Both the position numbers and the translations under genes were made by a program. A model generated the notes under the pieces. The model was not told the origin of the DNA and ran no database searches. It saw only the letters and a program-made list of their open reading frames with translations. Shown here in pieces: positions 1 to 9,785 of a DNA stretch of 54,415 bases. Location of the stretch: positions 1 to 54,415 of the forward strand of contig JBIKZJ010000001.1 in assembly GCA_044354755.1 (NCBI GenBank). Reading direction: 5' to 3'. Position 1 is the stretch's first letter, and the number at the start of each line of letters is the position of its first letter. This DNA comes from Schlesneria sp. (GTDB lineage Bacteria > Planctomycetota > Planctomycetia > Planctomycetales > Planctomycetaceae).

Positions 1-66
1 GTTCGTCACAAACACCGTTGCGATCTCATTCGGTGCAAAGACTTCCATTCGAGCCACGCGAGACAT
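1..66 (-). mobile_element. N-terminal fragment of a putative HUH/Y1 (REP-associated/IS200-like) transposase; runs off the window
   Basis: ATG at 66 reads MSRVARMEVFAPNEIATVFVTN, with RBS GGAG upstream. It resembles the MxRxARxEVF..E N-terminus recalled for planctomycete Y1 transposases. A homologous start lies at the other window end. Catalytic motifs are outside the window. Confidence 0.55.
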
Positions 67-156
67 GATTCCACTCCAAATCTGAGAAGATTGAAATTCG
101 ACATTTTCAGAATTAGAACATTTTCCTATCCCGAAATCAATTATCCGATGTGTCCC
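67..156 (-). promoter_or_regulatory. Element end motif (GGGACAC) and sigma70-like promoter/RBS leader of the left transposase
   Basis: On the minus strand: GGGACAC (156-150), TTGATT-17 nt-TCTAAT with upstream TG (140-112), then GATTTGGAGTGGAATC-ATG. Colinear without gaps with 54295-54387. Confidence 0.5.
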
Positions 157-369
157 TTCAATTCGCCAGTTGACTCATGTTTCCCACCTTTGTGCATCCC
201 ACCCTTGTGTTTCTATCACTCGCCGCCGCTTGCCATCGGAGACCGAGTCGATTCAGGCCGTATGGGGGCGGCCTGGCTTCGACACCAACATTCTCTTGAC
301 CCTTCCGGAGAGTTCCGGTGTCCCCCAAAACGCACCTTCCCAAAAACGGATTCATCACTTGACGCGTTG

Positions 370-987
370 TCAGACGGAAGACGAGGAAGCAGAGGCCCCC
401 CCTTGGATCTCACACCGCAGCCAAGCTCGAACATACACCCAGATTCGTTCGGCCGATCGCACGGAAATCTCCATGATTTCCGCAGCCTGTGACACTGTGA
501 GCCCGGCGAAATATTTTAATTCGACGAGTTGGCCATGCTGCGGATTCCGCCCACAAAGCTTTTCCAGTGCAACGTCGAGCTCCAACAGATTCCGATGGGG
601 ATCGGGGATCTGAGCGGGGTCGAGGATCTGATCCGGATCGAGATTGACTCGGTGAACGTCACCGCCATGAATCTGGCGGAGTTTTTTTCGCGCCCGATCG
701 ATCAGGATTTGCCGCATCACTTTTGCCGCGGCACCAAAGAAATGGCCACGCCCATCCCAATATTGGTCAACGCTTTTTCCGACCAGTCAGAGATAAACTT
801 CGTGCACCAGGTCGGTGGCTTGCAGCGATTGCCCGGATGGCTCTTGCGAGATTCGTTTCCGGGCGAGGATCCGTAGCTCTTCGTAGATCAAGGGTAAAAG
901 GTCGTCTGCGGCACGTTTATCCCCGTTCGCCATCGCATTGATAATTTCGGTCAGATCAGATCTGGGTAGCCCCTCGGAAGAAGTCAT
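370..987 (-). pseudogene. ECF-type RNA polymerase sigma factor (planctomycete TIGR02999-like) with an in-frame nonsense codon
   Basis: ORFs 787..1263 and 370..720 share a frame. Read-through gives [67 protein letters not shown]..RAWL. The TGA at 789-787 replaces the usual Arg of HEAYLRL. Confidence 0.85.
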
Positions 988-1267
988 TGAGTTTCCCTTG
1001 CAGTGGAAAGTGGTATGGAAATTCCTTCCTGAAATCAGGCTCTGGTCGAAAACGGGGTCGAAAACGGGGTCGCACCTCATCAGACCGATGGCCCCGTAGC
1101 GAGATCGAGTGGAAACCGGCATTTCGAGCGGACAGGAACTCATGCGATGAAAACCGCAGATCTCCGCCAAGTATTTGCGATTTTTGGCAAGATTCCCGGA
1201 AATGACTCGGCCGTTGCAACCAACGACCGGACCACCGCAGCCGTACCACCGCAGCCGTACCATCGAC

Positions 1268-2728
1268 TTACCCGAACAATTCGAGTATCGGCTTTCCTTC
1301 CTCGACGATGGCGACCGGGCGGCCTTGTGCGTCGGGGAGGCGGAGTTCGTGGTCGATCCCTAGGGCATGATAGATTGTCGCGGCAAAGTCTTCTGGTTTG
1401 TACGGGGGGGTGACGGCATATGCGGCGTCCCGGTCCGTCTGACCGAGAACCGCCCCCCCACGCACCCCGGCTCCGGCGATCACAGCGGGAAAAAGGGTAC
1501 TCCAGTGATCGCGGCCCCAGTTGGCGTTACCAGTCGGGGTCCGCCCCATTTCTCCCAGACAGACGACCAAGGTTTCTTCGAGCAGGCCTCGTTCATCCAG
1601 GTCAATCAAAAGTGCCGACAGCGTTTGGTCGAGGCCAGGAATCAGATGATCGCCGACATCCTTGCTATTCAGGTGCGAATCCCAGCTGTACCCATCGGGG
1701 GCATCCCAGTGGACTGTGACGTAGCGAACTCCCGCTTCAACCAGCCTGCGAGCCATCAGTGTCGATTGACCGAACAGGTGGCGACCGTAGCGGTCGCGCA
1801 TCGCCGGCGATTCCTGGCGCAGATCAAGTGCCCGTCGCGTTCGTTCCGAGGCGACCAGGGACAAGGCGCGTTGTTGATAGCGGTCATACGCTGAGAGGTT
1901 TTTCTCGACATCAAGCTGGCGCAAGCGCTGATCAAACTGTGAGAGCAGCGATTGACGGCGGTTCAGTCGATCCAGTGTCATCGCTTCCTGGGAAACCAAT
2001 CCATCGATCTGGAACGTCAGCTCTTCATCCGCGCAGGGGCGGTAGTAGGGATTGTCCTGGGAGTCTTTCTTGTCGATCGCCGTTGTGATGGGATCGTAAC
2101 CGCGACCGAGCCAGCCACCGTATTCGCCGGGACGTCGCAACTGGACAGTGTAGGTTTGCAGTCTGCCGAGGCTGTTAGGGAGCACCACGTACTGCGGAAG
2201 TTTTCCATCAGCGGGCTGCTCAGAGCCGCCGTGACGGAGGGGGTTTTGAGCGAGGTATTCAACCACGGATCCGATCGAGGGCCAGTCTTGGGGGGTGGCG
2301 TTAAAGCCGCTGCCAATGGGGATATGCCAGCGTTTGCCCGTTTGAACATAGTGTCCGCCACCGCTGTGATCATTGAACGAGTGCGAGAGCGTCCGTACGA
2401 CCGCGAATTTGTCTGAGATGGCCGCAAGGCGACTCAGTTTTTCAGAGATGAGCAGGTCGGGGGTCCGACTGGCGATCGGCGAGTAGGGACCGCGGATCTT
2501 GCTGGCGGCCCCGGGCTTTAAGTCAAAAGTTTCCAGCTGGCTAGGGCCACCAAACAGGAAGAGGAAGATGACGCTTTTGGCTTTGGGGCGATTGGCCAAT
2601 CCCGCTTCTTCGGCGGCGAGCAGTTGCGGCAGCGTCAGTCCGAACAGTCCGGCTCCGCCCGCTTGCAACAGTTTGCGGCGGGAAACACCACTGCACACAG
2701 ATGATGATCGACCAGAAATCTCTAGCAT
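1268..2728 (-). CDS. DUF1501 domain-containing protein (Tat-like signal)
   Basis: SRRKLLQAG; KSVIFLFLFGGPSQLETFDLKP; ARRLVEAGVRYV; WDSH; GEMGRTP; GRDHW; ATIYHALGID. Confidence 0.9.
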   Translation of the reverse strand: MLEISGRSSSVCSGVSRRKLLQAGGAGLFGLTLPQLLAAEEAGLANRPKAKSVIFLFLFGGPSQLETFDLKPGAASKIRGPYSPIASRTPDLLISEKLSRLAAISDKFAVVRTLSHSFNDHSGGGHYVQTGKRWHIPIGSGFNATPQDWPSIGSVVEYLAQNPLRHGGSEQPADGKLPQYVVLPNSLGRLQTYTVQLRRPGEYGGWLGRGYDPITTAIDKKDSQDNPYYRPCADEELTFQIDGLVSQEAMTLDRLNRRQSLLSQFDQRLRQLDVEKNLSAYDRYQQRALSLVASERTRRALDLRQESPAMRDRYGRHLFGQSTLMARRLVEAGVRYVTVHWDAPDGYSWDSHLNSKDVGDHLIPGLDQTLSALLIDLDERGLLEETLVVCLGEMGRTPTGNANWGRDHWSTLFPAVIAGAGVRGGAVLGQTDRDAAYAVTPPYKPEDFAATIYHALGIDHELRLPDAQGRPVAIVEEGKPILELFG

Positions 2729-2881
2729 TCCACGCAGCCTCCTCGTAAGAGTCAGGCAGAATTGTAACGAGTTTCGCCCCGCTGATCACAATTCTCGGGA
2801 AATTTTCTGCGGCAGCGGGGTTCGCTCGTTCGGAATTTACGAAAACAGATTCTTGCGATCAACGGATTCTCATTGCAAGGG

Positions 2882-5800
2882 TCACCATTTTTTGATCGCA
2901 GCGGCGGTCATCGGCTGATGGGGTGCGGGTGGCGACGAGGAATGGGCTTCCTGGACATCGGTTCGCAGGAAGACCTCTTGCGACGGACGTGGCATTTCGA
3001 TCCCTTCGGCCTCGAATCGCTTGTGGATCATCATGTACAGGTCATTGATCGCATTGGCTCGCCCATCGAGTGAAGGAAGAAAGGCCCGCACCACGAAGGT
3101 CTGACCGCCGCTCAGTTCTTCCAATGACGCTGTCGGGGCCGGGTCTTGCAGCAGTGTTGGCTGTAACGCGGCAATCTCCAGTAATAAACGTCGAATCCGC
3201 TGTGGATCATTGTTGCTGCCGACCATCACCTTCACAGCAAAGCGGTTGACGCGATCGCTGAGAGTCCAATTAAGCAGTTTGCCGGTAATGAACTCTTTGT
3301 TGGGGACAATCAATTCTTTTCGGTCGCCGTCAACGATCGTCGTGGCGCGGAATCGAATGCGGGAAACAGTTCCCGTCGTGTCACCCACAGTGACCACATC
3401 CCCCACGCGCATCGGGCGTTCAAACAGCAGAATGAGGCCAGAAACAAAGTTGGCGAAGATCTCTTGCAGCCCGAAGCCGAGACCGACCGAAGCGGCGGCG
3501 ACCAACCACTGAACATTGTTCCAGCCGACTCGAATCTGCGCAAAAGCAAAACCGACTCCCGCGACAAAAATGGCATAACGGACCAGGCACGTGGCGGCGA
3601 AACGAACACCGGCATCGACCGAAAGATGCTCGTGCAGGATCACCTCGACCAGTCCAGGAATATTTCGCCCCGCGATGACTGCCATGGCCATGATCAGCAT
3701 GGCCATTCCCAGATCGGCCGCTGTCACCGGCAATTGACGTTTCACGGTTTGGCCGACCATCACATGTTTTTCCGTCGCTAAGGGGGAAACATGTTCAGTT
3801 TCATCGTTCAATTCGACCTGTTCAACGGTTGTCCGCCAGAGGACAACGCGGTCGAGGATATTCAGCGCGGGAGTCACATCCGCCCAAACCAGCCACAACC
3901 CTGCGACGGCGAACGCGATCAGTCCCGTGTCGAGCAGGCGACGCATTTGCGACACGATTTGGGTCAGATTCATCCGGAAATCAGGCCAGGTCCACCGCGG
4001 GAGCAGGAATTGGTTATAGCCCGAGTTGCCGGGTTCGAATCCGGCTTCGGTAATCGTTTGTAATTCCTGATCCTGCAAGACGGCCATCCGTCGTTTTTCC
4101 AGCGCGATCCAGCGTCGAACGGTCGCACGCACCAGCATCAGGCTGACCAGCAGCCAAGTGGTGTTTTGCAGCCGCCAATTGAGTTGCAGGGCGGTGTAAA
4201 AAAAGCCTGACCAGCCCAAAGCGAAGAGCAGCAGGCCGGTTCCTACGGCCAACCGGGGGCAGAACCGCCAGAACCGGTCGGACCAAGCATCCGCTTCCGC
4301 TATCGCTTTTAAGGACTCTTCGGTCGCTGATGCTGTGGCCCCCTGTGCTGTGGCCCCCTGGATGGTGGCCTCGTCGGTGGCAGCCTGATCAGGATCCCGT
4401 GGTTTGAGTGGGCGACGGATCGTGAGATAACAAAACAGAGCGGTCATCGCCGCGAAGACCAAAAAGGTCAGCCGTCCGATGGAATCGAGTTTATGTTCGT
4501 CGGCGACCCCTTCCGTCAGTGCGATCAAGCCCACCAGTGTCAGGCCGACGGGGATATACCAGCTCAGGTTTCGACGCCAGCGATTGATCGTCGATTTCGG
4601 CCAGTTGAAATGGTGTTCTGCAAGACCGCCACTGAGGCAGGCGATGCGGAGTACTTCGAGCGGCAAGGCAAACAGAGCGGCTCGGAGCATCCCCGCTGCG
4701 ACAGCGTGTACGAAAGTGATCGTTGAAGCGCTATGATCGATCCGCCAGCCGACGAACCCGAGCAGCAGTGGCCAGCCACTGGCAATGATCAGAGTCAACG
4801 AGAGGGTTTGGAGTGTGGGCGTCAGGTTGCGACAGTCACGGTGAGACGCCGCCAGTCCGCGATGATGCACGAGTTTTTTCAAAATCGGCCGCAGCGCTAA
4901 CCAAACAACAAAGGAAACCGCCGAGATTGCCCACCAGAAGGGGAGCCGGATGATGTTCATTTTGGCGGCATCACCGACCGAATTCCACGAGGGCTGGTCC
5001 GCGAGCCAAGAGAGGGATTTCGAGGCTTTCAGCAAGTTGTCCTCGCTAAAAGCTTGCCCTGTCCGAATCCAGAGTACCCGTTCGTCGACATAGTCAGCGT
5101 ATTTCGTTGTCAGATTCAGCAGTCGTCGTTCGAGGTTATCCATTTCGACCAGTTGCTGAAAAAAACGAGAATAGTCGGCATCGAGCCCTTTGATCAGGTT
5201 GCGTCGTTCTGAGAGCAGCGACTTCAGGTTGGTGGCAATCGGCTTTTGGTCGAGGGGGACACCGAGTTCTGCGGCCCGTTTGACCACTGCCGCGTCGAAA
5301 TCGAGCAGCGCCAGGCGATCGGAGTCGAGTTGAAAAAGTCGCATCCGCGCCTCGCGCACCACATCGTTCCGGTGCAGGAGATTCGACCTCAATTCGCGGG
5401 GATTGAGCAATTTCGCTCGTTGTTGTCGGAGCAAGAGTCCGATCGAATCGGTCAGTCCGACATCCCGAACCATCGACTGGGTCCGCTCGAATTCCTTTTC
5501 CAGTTCCATCCAGGAATTCGTTGCCCGTTCATGGCGTTGCTCGAGTGCTTGAATTTTGTCGGTGACATCGTGTCGCTCTTGGGCGAGTTCGAGGTTTCCC
5601 TGAGCAAGCGGCTTCAGGACCGGCGGAGTTTTGGCGACGAGTTCTTCGGCCTGTTGGACTCGTTGGTCCGCCTGATTTTCTCGGCGTTTTGCGAGTTCAT
5701 CCTGGAGCAGATTGAGTTCCCCGACTTTGAGGGCCAGTTCTCGAGTGGCCAGTTCCCGTTGGGCCTGCACGAGGTCGGCGGCGGCCACGGATTGGAACCA

Positions 5801-6445
5801 GTCGGCTTCGGCGTGCAGTGCCCTTCGTTCGTCCTCGGCGCGAACTCGTCGTGACAAGAGAAACGCCTGATGGGCCTGCATCAATTCACGTGGCTCGCCC
5901 GCATTGGGAAGGGTGAGGATCTGATCGTTAATTTCGATTAAACGGTCTTCGACTTCCGCCAGTTCGTTGACCAGTTCCTCGGGTCGAGTTCGCCATAGGG
6001 CGAGTTCGGCTTCGAGTGTTCCCACTCGTTTTCTCAGCCCGTCATTGGAATCATCGAGCTGTTTTTCTCGCAGTTCCACCATTCGCTCGAGTTCGTTGAG
6101 ATCGGTCACCTTGGCGATGGCGGGATTGGCGGTGGTCGGAGACTGTTCCAACCGAATTTCGGTGTTCCTCAACATGGCTTTCACGTGTGCCAGGTTCCGT
6201 TCGAGTCGCTCGCCCTTTTCGCGGTGTTCTTGTGCGATCTCGAGTCGCTCGATGGCATCTCTTAAATAGTTGAGGATATTCTCGCGCAGATTGGCCGCGA
6301 GGTCTTGATTGGCCTCGACCACCCTGATCTGCTTTTCCAACGTCTGAATCGTCGGGACTTCAATTTTGGCTGCGGATTGGGCATGAGCCGTCGCAGACAA
6401 CAGTCCCAGAGTCAGTCCGTAAACCACAAACAGTCGCCAACTCAT
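2882..6445 (-). CDS. Large MscS-family mechanosensitive channel (MscK/KefA-like)
   Basis: Signal peptide, long coiled-coil periplasmic region and many TM helices. C-terminal SVGLGFGLQEIFANFVSGLILLFERPMRVGDVV..IVPNKEFIT..NWTLSD. Confidence 0.9.
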   Translation of the reverse strand: MSWRLFVVYGLTLGLLSATAHAQSAAKIEVPTIQTLEKQIRVVEANQDLAANLRENILNYLRDAIERLEIAQEHREKGERLERNLAHVKAMLRNTEIRLEQSPTTANPAIAKVTDLNELERMVELREKQLDDSNDGLRKRVGTLEAELALWRTRPEELVNELAEVEDRLIEINDQILTLPNAGEPRELMQAHQAFLLSRRVRAEDERRALHAEADWFQSVAAADLVQAQRELATRELALKVGELNLLQDELAKRRENQADQRVQQAEELVAKTPPVLKPLAQGNLELAQERHDVTDKIQALEQRHERATNSWMELEKEFERTQSMVRDVGLTDSIGLLLRQQRAKLLNPRELRSNLLHRNDVVREARMRLFQLDSDRLALLDFDAAVVKRAAELGVPLDQKPIATNLKSLLSERRNLIKGLDADYSRFFQQLVEMDNLERRLLNLTTKYADYVDERVLWIRTGQAFSEDNLLKASKSLSWLADQPSWNSVGDAAKMNIIRLPFWWAISAVSFVVWLALRPILKKLVHHRGLAASHRDCRNLTPTLQTLSLTLIIASGWPLLLGFVGWRIDHSASTITFVHAVAAGMLRAALFALPLEVLRIACLSGGLAEHHFNWPKSTINRWRRNLSWYIPVGLTLVGLIALTEGVADEHKLDSIGRLTFLVFAAMTALFCYLTIRRPLKPRDPDQAATDEATIQGATAQGATASATEESLKAIAEADAWSDRFWRFCPRLAVGTGLLLFALGWSGFFYTALQLNWRLQNTTWLLVSLMLVRATVRRWIALEKRRMAVLQDQELQTITEAGFEPGNSGYNQFLLPRWTWPDFRMNLTQIVSQMRRLLDTGLIAFAVAGLWLVWADVTPALNILDRVVLWRTTVEQVELNDETEHVSPLATEKHVMVGQTVKRQLPVTAADLGMAMLIMAMAVIAGRNIPGLVEVILHEHLSVDAGVRFAATCLVRYAIFVAGVGFAFAQIRVGWNNVQWLVAAASVGLGFGLQEIFANFVSGLILLFERPMRVGDVVTVGDTTGTVSRIRFRATTIVDGDRKELIVPNKEFITGKLLNWTLSDRVNRFAVKVMVGSNNDPQRIRRLLLEIAALQPTLLQDPAPTASLEELSGGQTFVVRAFLPSLDGRANAINDLYMMIHKRFEAEGIEMPRPSQEVFLRTDVQEAHSSSPPAPHQPMTAAAIKKW

Positions 6446-6842
6446 GATTGCTTCCCTGCATTTTCATCGACTTTGCTTCACGGAGTCGCCCCGACCGCCT
6501 GCACAAGAGACCTGCAGCGCTGCGGAAAATTTTGCTGTCGTTCTCTTGTTACGTGGTCGCTTTGCGATCTCGATTTGGTAACGCCGATTCATCCTGAACG
6601 GGTCATTGGTGCGTGGTATGGCAGAAATTGCCGAGTCATGTCAACATGTCTCGAAGCGGGGAGGGGTTAATCGCTGGATTTGAGGAACTCGGTTTGTGTG
6701 AGGATTTGGCGAATTCCCGAAGAAATCATGCGGGGGGAACGGGGACCTCGCTTGAAGATTGAGGGGAGTTCGCGTTAGTGTCGCCGTGCCGGATTGAGTC
6801 GATTGATCTGCAATCCGTTTAAAATCTGGATCGGATGAGGAA

Positions 6843-8018
6843 ATGCCCTTTGCTGCTGCAGCGTCTGAGAAAAACAGCCTGAGTACTGCGATACAAGAAA
6901 GCGTCCAGATGATTTCTGGCGAACTTGGTCGCGTGCCGGACCTGACCATTGCGTTCGTTTCGCAACATCATGCCAAGAATTTTCCCTCGATGGCGTCATC
7001 GATCGTAGACCGACTGGGTGGCGGAATTTTGCTCGGTTGTACGGGTGAAACCATCATTGGTGGTCATCGGGAATACGAAGAAGGGCCTGCCTTCTCGTTG
7101 TGGTGCGGCGTATTGCCTGGGGCAGATTTGGTCCCTTTTCAATTGGAATTTGCCGAAACCCCCGATGGTTTCATGTGCAGTGGCCTGCCGGACGACCTGG
7201 GAGCTCGGTCAAAAGAGACGCGTGCCGTACTGCTGCTGGGTGAACCCTTTTCCTCGGTCCCTCAATCTGTACTGGACCTCTTGGCCGATGAATTGCCCGA
7301 CGTCCCTGTGATTGGTGGCATGGCCAGTGGGGGAAATCCGGGTGAAAACCGGTTGTTTCTGAATCATCAAGAAATTCATCAGGGGGCTGTCGGAGTGGTG
7401 CTTCGAGGGGGGCCGCAGGTCCGTACGGTGGTTTCGCAAGGTTGTCGACCGATCGGGGCTCCGTTTGTGGTGACGAAGGCCGAGCGGAATGTGGTTTACG
7501 AATTGGGTGGATCCACACCCATGCAGCGATTGCAAGAAATATTTCAACTGCTTCCCCCCCGTGATCAGAAGCTGGTCGAGGGGGGAATTCACATTGGGAT
7601 CGCCTTAAATGAATATCAGGAATCCTTTCACCGGGGGGATTTTCTGATACTGAATGTGGTTGGGATCGACAAAAAGTCGGGTGCATTAAAAGCGGGGGGA
7701 GTCGTCCGGGTGGGGCAGACCGTTCAGTTTCAAATTCGGGATGGTGAAACGGCGGATGCGGACTTGAAGAGGTTGTTGGAAAGACATTCGTCAATCTATC
7801 CCCAGTTGCCCGCCGCCAGTTTGTTATTCAGCTGTAATGGTCGCGGATCACGGATGTTTTCTGCGCCCGACCATGACGCCGGTTTGATCCAAAGCCGGTT
7901 GGGTCCGTTGCCATTAGCAGGAATTTTTGCTCAGGGAGAGTTGGGGCCCGTGGGTGGTAAAAATTACATTCATGGATTCACTGCGAGTATTGCACTTTTC
8001 GAAGAAGAAGCGGTTTGA
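6843..8018 (+). CDS. FIST N/C domain signal-transduction protein
   Basis: LLGCTGETII; VIGGMASGG; VVSQGCRPIG; LLFSCNGRG; GIFAQGELGPVGGKNYIHGFTAS. Confidence 0.88.
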   Translation: MPFAAAASEKNSLSTAIQESVQMISGELGRVPDLTIAFVSQHHAKNFPSMASSIVDRLGGGILLGCTGETIIGGHREYEEGPAFSLWCGVLPGADLVPFQLEFAETPDGFMCSGLPDDLGARSKETRAVLLLGEPFSSVPQSVLDLLADELPDVPVIGGMASGGNPGENRLFLNHQEIHQGAVGVVLRGGPQVRTVVSQGCRPIGAPFVVTKAERNVVYELGGSTPMQRLQEIFQLLPPRDQKLVEGGIHIGIALNEYQESFHRGDFLILNVVGIDKKSGALKAGGVVRVGQTVQFQIRDGETADADLKRLLERHSSIYPQLPAASLLFSCNGRGSRMFSAPDHDAGLIQSRLGPLPLAGIFAQGELGPVGGKNYIHGFTASIALFEEEAV

Positions 8019-8944
8019 TGACGGTATTGCATGGTTTCGATTCCTCGGCCGGTTATCAAGGTGGATTTGTCTCTATCGGCAACTTTGATGGAGTCCACTG
8101 TGGTCATCAGGCGATGCTGGCGTCCCTGGTTCAGCGGGCGCGGTCCGACGGTGTTCCGGCGGTGGTGCTGACATTTGATCCGCACCCGATTGAACTGCTG
8201 CGTCCTCAGGCCGCTCCCCCTCGATTGACAACACTGATTCATCGAGCGGAATTGCTGGAACAATTCGGTATCGATTTTGTAATTATTTTGCCAACAACGA
8301 CGGCTTTTCTCGCAAGAACCGCCGAAGATTTCTTTCACTCGATTATTCTCGCCGAACTTCAAGCACGTGGGCTGGTCGAAGGGCCCAACTTTTTCTTTGG
8401 CAGAAACCGGGCGGGAAGCATCACGGTGCTGAAAAGTTTTTGTACCGGTCAAAATCTGGCACTGGATGTGATTTCCCCTGTGATCGTGAATCAACAACTG
8501 GTTTCTTCGAGCGTGATCCGCTCGCTGATCGAGTCGGGGAATCTGGCCGAATCGGTCCAGTTATTGGGTCATTCCTATCAACTTTCCGGCACGGTAGGAC
8601 GGGGAGCCGAACGTGGCCGACTGCTCGGTTTTCCCACGGCCAATCTGGTCGACATGGAAACCCTGATTCCAGGAAATGGAGTCTACGCTGCGACAACATC
8701 GATCGAGGGGGTTTGCTATGCGGCGGCGGTGAATATCGGGCCCAATCCGACCTTTGGCGAGCTGTCAAAGAAAGTGGAAGTTCATGTGCTCGATTATTGC
8801 GGAGATCTTTATGGAAAAAGACTCAATGTCGATTTTCTGGTAAGAATTCGTGATGTGATTCGATTTTCATCGGTCGAGGGACTGTTGGTGCAATTACGCC
8901 AGGACATCGAGCAGGTGCGGAGAGTGGCCGGGATGTCGGCCTGA
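8018..8944 (+). CDS. ribF: Bifunctional riboflavin kinase/FAD synthetase
   Basis: IGNFDGVHCGHQ; TFDPHP; FFFGRNRAG; SSSVIR; GRLLGFPTAN; NIGPNPTF; EVHVLD. TGATG overlap with the FIST gene. Confidence 0.95.
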   Translation: MTVLHGFDSSAGYQGGFVSIGNFDGVHCGHQAMLASLVQRARSDGVPAVVLTFDPHPIELLRPQAAPPRLTTLIHRAELLEQFGIDFVIILPTTTAFLARTAEDFFHSIILAELQARGLVEGPNFFFGRNRAGSITVLKSFCTGQNLALDVISPVIVNQQLVSSSVIRSLIESGNLAESVQLLGHSYQLSGTVGRGAERGRLLGFPTANLVDMETLIPGNGVYAATTSIEGVCYAAAVNIGPNPTFGELSKKVEVHVLDYCGDLYGKRLNVDFLVRIRDVIRFSSVEGLLVQLRQDIEQVRRVAGMSA

Positions 8945-9094
8945 ACGGCAGGACGAGGTTGCCTACGCCGCGAAACGGATCTGATCCGGGGTCGTGCACC
9001 CTCGAAAGCGCAAGTCGGATGACTTGTATGATTCTTTCGGGGTTTCTTGAGGGAAAAGCGGTTTTATCCCAAAAACGGAATCCGGGTAAAAACG

Positions 9095-9132
9095 AAAAAA
9101 GCGGCAGGGGTCGATAGTCGACACCTGCCGCT
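9095..9132 (-). terminator. Intrinsic terminator of the HTH-receiver gene
   Basis: Minus strand reads GCGGCAGG..CCTGCCGC followed by TTTTTT, about 80 nt past the stop at 9213. Confidence 0.75.
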
Positions 9133-9212
9133 CGTCAGTCTGGTAACGTGAACCTGCTGTGGACCCGTCCGTGGTCTCAACAGAACGTTCGCCGGACAAT
9201 TCATCTATGGTC

Positions 9213-9785
9213 TCAGGCCAGTTGTTTTTTTCGACCGACGAGGGTCCGAATCCGTTCGGCCAGCAGAGCTGTGTCGAACGGTTTGCGGAACGTCTCGTTG
9301 AACGGGGTACGGTCGAAACCACTAGCCGTGTCATCGTCGCTCAGTAGCGCCACGAGTACGGCGTCGGCGTATTCGTTATTTCTACGCAGGTTGTGCGCAA
9401 TTAACGTTGCCTCGTGTCGTCCCATGCCGAAGTCGATCACCACGCAGTCTGGATGCAGTGACTCTGCCTGAATGCCGGCTTCAAAGCCACTCGCCGCGGA
9501 TTCAATTTTGTAATCCATGGGAGGCATCAGATCAAGAATCTGTCCTCGAACGTTCTGGTCAACACCAACGAGGAGCAACTTGCCCATCGCTTCATCTTCC
9601 AGTTCGCCCAAGGGCATTCCATGTTCTTTAAGGAACCGGATCAAGTGGTCGCGTGGAATGCGACGGTCCTGTGATCCTGGAATGCGGTAACCGCGCAGAC
9701 GGCCGGAGTCGAACCATTTGCTTACTGTGCGGGGGGCAACCTTGCAGATCTTTGCTACCTGTCCAGTAGTGAAGATCGTTCTCAT
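9213..9785 (-). CDS. Excisionase-like HTH (HTH_17/MerR-like) plus receiver-domain response regulator
   Basis: MRTIFTTGQVAKICKVAPRTVSKWFDSGRLRGYRIPGSQDRRIP, then receiver-like GFEAGI..PDCVVID..RKPF. ATG at 9785 has GGAGAG upstream. Confidence 0.85.
   Translation of the reverse strand: MRTIFTTGQVAKICKVAPRTVSKWFDSGRLRGYRIPGSQDRRIPRDHLIRFLKEHGMPLGELEDEAMGKLLLVGVDQNVRGQILDLMPPMDYKIESAASGFEAGIQAESLHPDCVVIDFGMGRHEATLIAHNLRRNNEYADAVLVALLSDDDTASGFDRTPFNETFRKPFDTALLAERIRTLVGRKKQLA

Noticed and set aside
787-789. Selenocysteine or programmed read-through of the TGA in the ECF gene
   Set aside because: The position corresponds to a conserved Arg (CGA, one transition away), not Cys. All other genes use TGA as stop.
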